Shown: positions 59,718 through 64,000 of the stretch, piece after piece
How positions within the stretch are numbered: position 1 is the first letter of the stretch
Layout of the letters: each line of letters starts with the position of its first letter
Source of the DNA: an uncultured Chloroflexia bacterium
Lineage (GTDB): Bacteria > Chloroflexota > Limnocylindria > QHBO01
NCBI GenBank assembly: GCA_963825525.1
Contig: CAWGTN010000002.1
Coordinates: 1,632,001 to 1,696,000, forward strand
DNA length: 64,000 bases
Direction of reading: 5' to 3'
Notes under the pieces: generated by a model
Database searches by the model: none
The model's input: the letters and a program-made list of their open reading frames with translations, nothing else
Told to the model about the DNA's origin: nothing
Program-made: the position numbers and the translations under genes

Positions 59718-60587
59718 CTAGGCCCGGGCGAGAAGGGCGCGCATGCGTTGCACCGCGTCTTCGAGCCCGTCCGGCAGCACCTCGGCAAGCCCGTCCGGCA
59801 GGTCCGGTGCGTGCCGGCCGCCGGCGGCCACCACCAGCCGGGGCTGCGCGGCGCGCAGCGTCTCCATCGTCAGGCGTGCCGTTGCCAGGTCGTCGGCGGT
59901 CGGCACGCCCACCACCGCGACCCGCCCGCCGGATTCCGTCATGGCATTGAGCCAGGACTCGATCGGCACGTCGGAACCCAGGTACGTCGTCTCCACCCCG
60001 GCGCGACGCAGCGCAGTGGCGAAGGCCAGCGCCGGCAGCTCATGGCGCGCCCCGGCCGGAAGTCCGACCACGGCCTCCGCGCGCGTGGAGCTGCGCCCCG
60101 CGGCCTCGAACGCCATCCCGAGGCGGCGATGGACCGCAGAGCTCGCCACGTGCTCGCCCGCAACGTCGACCTCGCCGCGCTCCCAGGCCGCGCCCAGGGC
60201 GACCAGAGCGGGATACAGCCGGGCCTCGACGACCCGTTCGAAGGAGCCGCCGGCGAAGATGTCGTCCAGCGCCCTCTCGATCCCGGCCGCGTCGACGCGC
60301 GACGCCGCATCGACCAGGTTGACGCGCCCGGGCGGCTGGCTGCCGGGCACGTCCGTCGCGATCGGATGATCGGGCTCGGACAGGACGCGGTCCGCAGCCT
60401 GGCGAGGTGACCATCCGGCAAGGACGAGCGAACGCATCGCACGAAGGCGTCCGATGGCCGTCTCGTCGTAGAGCCGATAGCCCGCGTCGGTCCGGGTGGG
60501 CTTCACGATCCCGTACCGACGCTCCCAGGCTCGGAGAAGGGGAATCGCAACGCCCGTGCGGTGCGAAGCCTCTTTGATGGTGTACAT
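59718..60587 (-). CDS. MerR-family regulator with cobalamin-binding domain (CarH/LitR-like)
   Basis: LRAWERRYG..P.RT..GYRLY; W-x9-EH (WERGEVDVAGEH); RHEL, YLGSDVP, GG. Confidence 0.88.
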   Translation of the reverse strand: MYTIKEASHRTGVAIPLLRAWERRYGIVKPTRTDAGYRLYDETAIGRLRAMRSLVLAGWSPRQAADRVLSEPDHPIATDVPGSQPPGRVNLVDAASRVDAAGIERALDDIFAGGSFERVVEARLYPALVALGAAWERGEVDVAGEHVASSAVHRRLGMAFEAAGRSSTRAEAVVGLPAGARHELPALAFATALRRAGVETTYLGSDVPIESWLNAMTESGGRVAVVGVPTADDLATARLTMETLRAAQPRLVVAAGGRHAPDLPDGLAEVLPDGLEDAVQRMRALLARA

Positions 60588-60602
60588 GCTGTGTCGAACA
60601 TT

Positions 60603-60688
60603 ACCATGAACAAAGACTTGACACATGACCTGATGGTCGCGTAGCGTAGCAGCCATGGATGAACAAACAGTGGACAGTGCACCGACAG
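60603..60688 (+). promoter_or_regulatory. Putative CarH operator repeats overlapping the sigma-gene promoter and start
   Basis: 11-bp-period TnnACA-type units with ACA at 60610/60621 and 60663/60674/60685; TTGACA-N18-TAGCGT ends 7 nt before ATG. Confidence 0.65.
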
Positions 60689-61311
60689 ATTCCACGTTGA
60701 TGGAACGCATCGCAGTCGGAGACCAGGAGTCGCTCGCCGCCCTCTACGATCGGCACCAGCAGGTGGCATTTCGCGTGGCCATGCGGATCGTCCACGACGC
60801 CGGACGCGCCGAGGACGTTCTCCAGGAGGCATTCCTGTCCGTCTGGCGAAAGGCCGCCACCTATTCGGCCTCACGCGGCAGCGTGCGGGGCTGGCTGTTG
60901 GGCATCGTGCGCAACCGAGCGATCGACCTCATCCGATCCCAGCGCCTGCCAACCAGCACCGATGACAGCCTGCTGAACGCGATCCGCGACCCGGGCCCCT
61001 CCACCGCCGACATGGTCGACGCCCGCCTCGAGGCCGTCGTCGTCAGAAATGCGCTGAGCCTTCTGCCCGAGGGGCAGCGGCACGCCATCACCGCCTCCTA
61101 CTTCGATGGTCGGACCCACGCCGAGATCGCCGAGGAGAGCGGTATTCCGCTGGGCACCGTCCATGGTCGCGTTCGACTCGGAATGCGTCGCCTCCAGGCC
61201 CACCTGGCGGCCTCGGAGCTCCGGAGCCCGACAGCCGCCTCGGGCGGATCTGCCGGATTCGGTGCTATCATCGGCCCAACGCCACCGAGCCCGCAGAACG
61301 GAACGGTCTGA
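60655..61311 (+). CDS. ECF sigma-70 factor (SigK/LitS-like)
   Basis: LYDRH, AEDVLQEAF, WLLGIVRNRAID, THAEIA...PLGTV. Confidence 0.92.
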   Translation: MDEQTVDSAPTDSTLMERIAVGDQESLAALYDRHQQVAFRVAMRIVHDAGRAEDVLQEAFLSVWRKAATYSASRGSVRGWLLGIVRNRAIDLIRSQRLPTSTDDSLLNAIRDPGPSTADMVDARLEAVVVRNALSLLPEGQRHAITASYFDGRTHAEIAEESGIPLGTVHGRVRLGMRRLQAHLAASELRSPTAASGGSAGFGAIIGPTPPSPQNGTV

Positions 61312-61394
61312 GGCACGGATTCGGCGATACCGGCACTCGAGATCCTGTTGCGCAGACGCGTGCCCAGTGTTGGAACACGCATGCTGGGAAGCTC

Positions 61395-62621
61395 ATGAAG
61401 ATCCTGCTGGTTGGCACCGGAACGGTTGGTGAGGCAATCGCGCGCCTGTCCGCCGAACGCGACTGGTGCGAGGTAATGGTCCTCGCCGACTACGACGAAT
61501 CGAGGGCTCGGACCCTTGCCGATTCACTCGGCGGGGCGCCGCGCTTCGTTGCCGCGCAGATCGACGCGCGCGAGGCATCAACCGTGACGGAGCTCGCCCG
61601 CGCCAATGACGTCGATCTCGTCATGAACGCCGTCGACCCGCAGTTCGTCATGCCCATCTTCCGCGGTGCCCTGGAGGCGGGCGTCAACTACATGGACATG
61701 GCCGTGTCGCTCTCGAAGCCACATCCGGATCGGCCGTTCAGCGAACCCGGCGTGAAGCTCGGGGACGAACAGTTCGCGATGGCGGGGGAGTGGGAGTCCC
61801 GCGGTAAGCTGGCCGTCGTCGGCATGGGCATGGACCCCGGCCTCACCGACGTCTTCGCCGCTCACGCCGCGAAGCATGACTTCGACGAGCTGCACGAGGT
61901 CCACGTCCGCGACGGCGGCGATCTCGAGATCCCCGGCTTCGCCTTTGCCCCTGTGTTCAGCATCTGGACCACGATCGAGGAGTGCCTCAATCCACCGATC
62001 ATCTGGAGCGACGGTGACTGGCATACCACCGAGCCCTTCAGCGCCCCGGAGTCCTTCCCGTTCCCCGAGGGCATCGGCCCGGTCGAGTGCGTGAACGTCG
62101 AGCACGAGGAGGTCCTCCTCATCCCGCGCTGGCTCGAGACCCGGAAGGCCACCTTCAAGTACGCCCTCGGGTCCGATTTCATCGACAAGCTCAAGACCAT
62201 CCACGCGCTCGGCATGGACCGGACGGATCGCGTGACCGTCAAGGGCGTCGAGGTGGCACCGCGCGACGTGCTCGCCGCAATCACCCCGGACCCCATCTCG
62301 CTCGGCGACAAGTTCCGCGGGCGTGCGGTGGTCGGCACCTGGGTGCTGGGCATGAAGGACGGCAAGCCGCGCGAGACGTTCGCGTACCAGATGGCCGACG
62401 CCGAGGAGATCTGGGCCAAGCACCGCCTCCAGGTCGTCGGCTGGCAGACCGGGTTCAACCCGGTCATCGCCATGGAGCTGCTGGCCGAGGGCGCCTGGAC
62501 CGGTGCCGGCGTGCTCGGGCCCGAGGCGTTCGACCCCGATCCGTACCTCTCACTGCTCGACCGGTACGGCATCCACCACGCGGTGGTCGAGATGGATCCG
62601 GGAGCCCATCGGCCAACCTGA
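61395..62621 (+). CDS. Saccharopine dehydrogenase-like oxidoreductase (carboxy(nor)spermidine dehydrogenase-like)
   Basis: GTGTVG, YMDMA, GMDPG, WTTIEEC, VEHEEV. Confidence 0.85.
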   Translation: MKILLVGTGTVGEAIARLSAERDWCEVMVLADYDESRARTLADSLGGAPRFVAAQIDAREASTVTELARANDVDLVMNAVDPQFVMPIFRGALEAGVNYMDMAVSLSKPHPDRPFSEPGVKLGDEQFAMAGEWESRGKLAVVGMGMDPGLTDVFAAHAAKHDFDELHEVHVRDGGDLEIPGFAFAPVFSIWTTIEECLNPPIIWSDGDWHTTEPFSAPESFPFPEGIGPVECVNVEHEEVLLIPRWLETRKATFKYALGSDFIDKLKTIHALGMDRTDRVTVKGVEVAPRDVLAAITPDPISLGDKFRGRAVVGTWVLGMKDGKPRETFAYQMADAEEIWAKHRLQVVGWQTGFNPVIAMELLAEGAWTGAGVLGPEAFDPDPYLSLLDRYGIHHAVVEMDPGAHRPT

Positions 62622-62707
62622 CCCGGGACGTCTCCCGCCCAGGCTGCACGGGGTTCGGCCAATTTCGGTGCGGCCGTCACAATGGGTGCCAACTCACAAG
62701 AAGGCAC

Positions 62708-63037
62708 ATGGCTGATATGAACGTCGACGAGCTCCTCAACGCCGCGAAAGACTCCATGACCGCCCGGATCGTGTTTGCCGAGCCGATCGAGCGGGATGGC
62801 GTCCTCGTCATTCCGGCCGCCAAGGTTCGCGGGGGCGGCGGGGGCGGCGGTGACAGCCAGGCGAACGGCGGGGCTGGGTTTGGGCTCGCGGCCAAGCCGG
62901 CTGGTGCCTATGTCATCCGCGAAGGCAAGGTCAGCTGGGAGCCTGCCGTGGACGTCAACCGGATCGTCCTCGGGGGCCAGCTCGTGGCGGTCGTGGCGCT
63001 GCTCGTCCTGCGGTCATTCATCCGTCGCCGTGCCTGA
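62708..63037 (+). CDS. YtfJ/GerW family protein
   Basis: VFAEPIERDGVLVIP, Gly-rich loop, PAGAYVI...W.PAVD. Confidence 0.8.
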   Translation: MADMNVDELLNAAKDSMTARIVFAEPIERDGVLVIPAAKVRGGGGGGGDSQANGGAGFGLAAKPAGAYVIREGKVSWEPAVDVNRIVLGGQLVAVVALLVLRSFIRRRA

Positions 63038-63043
63038 GCAAGT

Positions 63044-63072
63044 TTGACCGAACACCGGGCCACCACTACCAT
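63044..63072 (+). promoter_or_regulatory. Promoter of tRNA-fMet
   Basis: TTGACC-N17-TACCAT ending 7 nt before the tRNA. Confidence 0.7.
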
Positions 63073-63079
63073 GCGAGGT

Positions 63080-63154
<75 letters not shown>

Positions 63155-63170
63155 AAGACCGCGCGCGATC

Positions 63171-63192
63171 GAGCCCCGCTTCGGCGGGGCTC
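63171..63192 (+). terminator. Hairpin terminator after tRNA-fMet
   Basis: GAGCCCCGC-TTCG-GCGGGGCTC. Confidence 0.75.
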
Positions 63193-63268
63193 TCGCGTTG
63201 TCCGCGGTTCGGTACAATGCGGCGGCCTATTCCGCCCGAGCGAGCCCGCAGGAGGGTGAACGCGCCCG

Positions 63269-64000
63269 ATGACGGTTCAACCCAATCCGAAGAAGATGCG
63301 ACCGTACGACGTGCCGCCCAAACGGCGCCGCACGCTGATTCCGGGCAAGCCGGATGCGGCGGCCACCGGATTCTTCGTCGTCGCCGCGCTGTGGCTGGCC
63401 GTCGCGACCGGACTCGGCGCGCTCGCCATCGGCCTCCGGCTCGTCGACTTCAGCCTTTCGATCCCGCTCGGGGTCTTCGACCTCAGCTTCACGGTCGACC
63501 AGCGACGGGTGGACTTCGCCTTCCTGAACGCCACGGTCTTCGGCTGGCTCACGAACGCGGGCTTCGCCGCCATCGCGTTCATGACCCCGCGCCTGCTGGG
63601 CCGGCGGCTGGCGATGGAGCAGGGCCTGGTGCTTGCCTTCCTCATCTGGAACTCGGCCCTGGCCGGTGGGCTGGCATCCCTGTACGTGTTCGACCTCGGG
63701 CCCAACGCGCCACTCACTGCCTTCCCGTGGCTCATCGATGGCGGACTGGCGCTGGCGGCCCTCATCGTCGCGGCGGCTGTCGTGATGACCGTGGGCACGT
63801 CGGTCCGTACCGCGTACATCAGCCTGTGGTTCGCGGTCATCGGCCTCCTGGGGCTCGCCGGCCTGATGGGGATCAACGCGCTTCTCGGGATGCTCGACTT
63901 CTTCATCGGCCTTGATGCTCTGTTCGTCGCGTTGGCATCGGCCTTCATCGACCGTGGCGTGGTGCTCATCTGGCTGCTCGCCGCCGCCTACGCCACGCTG
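63269..64000 (+). CDS. cbb3-type oxidase subunit I (CcoN)-like membrane protein, apparently lacking His ligands; 3'-truncated
   Basis: Translated by hand (absent from the ORF track): LNATVFGW, PRLLGRRL, FPWLID, YISLWF align by eye with CcoN helices I-VI; AGGAGG upstream. Confidence 0.65.
   Translation, partial: MTVQPNPKKMRPYDVPPKRRRTLIPGKPDAAATGFFVVAALWLAVATGLGALAIGLRLVDFSLSIPLGVFDLSFTVDQRRVDFAFLNATVFGWLTNAGFAAIAFMTPRLLGRRLAMEQGLVLAFLIWNSALAGGLASLYVFDLGPNAPLTAFPWLIDGGLALAALIVAAAVVMTVGTSVRTAYISLWFAVIGLLGLAGLMGINALLGMLDFFIGLDALFVALASAFIDRGVVLIWLLAAAYATL

Noticed and set aside
62830-62852. G-rich run as a contingency locus
   Set aside because: Encodes the conserved poly-Gly loop of YtfJ-family proteins.

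Overview
High-GC bacterial chromosome segment. Gene content and the many apparently leaderless genes suggest Chloroflexota, possibly Limnocylindria/Ellin6529-like (inference only). No integrase, transposase, CRISPR array or prophage was seen. Contents in order: end of an ecfT gene; an alpha/beta hydrolase lacking its nucleophile; bcp; three tiny membrane proteins; a YhaO/YhaN (SbcD/SbcC-like) pair; a PIG-L deacetylase; a lipoprotein PBP; an operon joining a GltD/DsrL-like NADP(H) flavo-FeS oxidoreductase to a split cytochrome b6/subunit IV/Rieske/diheme cytochrome c complex; class II aldolase; iscA-like gene; aminotransferase and 2-hydroxyacid dehydrogenase; a minus-strand hxlR-fRMsr-ECF sigma-(anti-sigma/Tat/Rieske fusion) cluster with a cupredoxin; a complete ccmABCDEFGHI operon; marR/yceI; prolyl oligopeptidase; pstSCAB-phoU-phoB-phoR; DUF47-pit; a 20-aa six-Cys peptide divergent from arsR-arsM; MFS; azlCD; AhpD-like protein and thrC; PhoX-like phosphatase; tRNA-Lys; a four-gene FtsX-type ABC system; a B12-dependent CarH-like repressor divergent from an ECF sigma; a saccharopine dehydrogenase-like enzyme; tRNA-fMet; and a truncated CcoN-like protein lacking metal ligands. 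The strongest novelty candidates are the NADPH-oxidoreductase-linked b6f-type complex, the Rieske-bearing putative anti-sigma factor, the ArsR-controlled micro-metallothionein, the CarH-to-ECF cascade and the ligand-less CcoN homolog.
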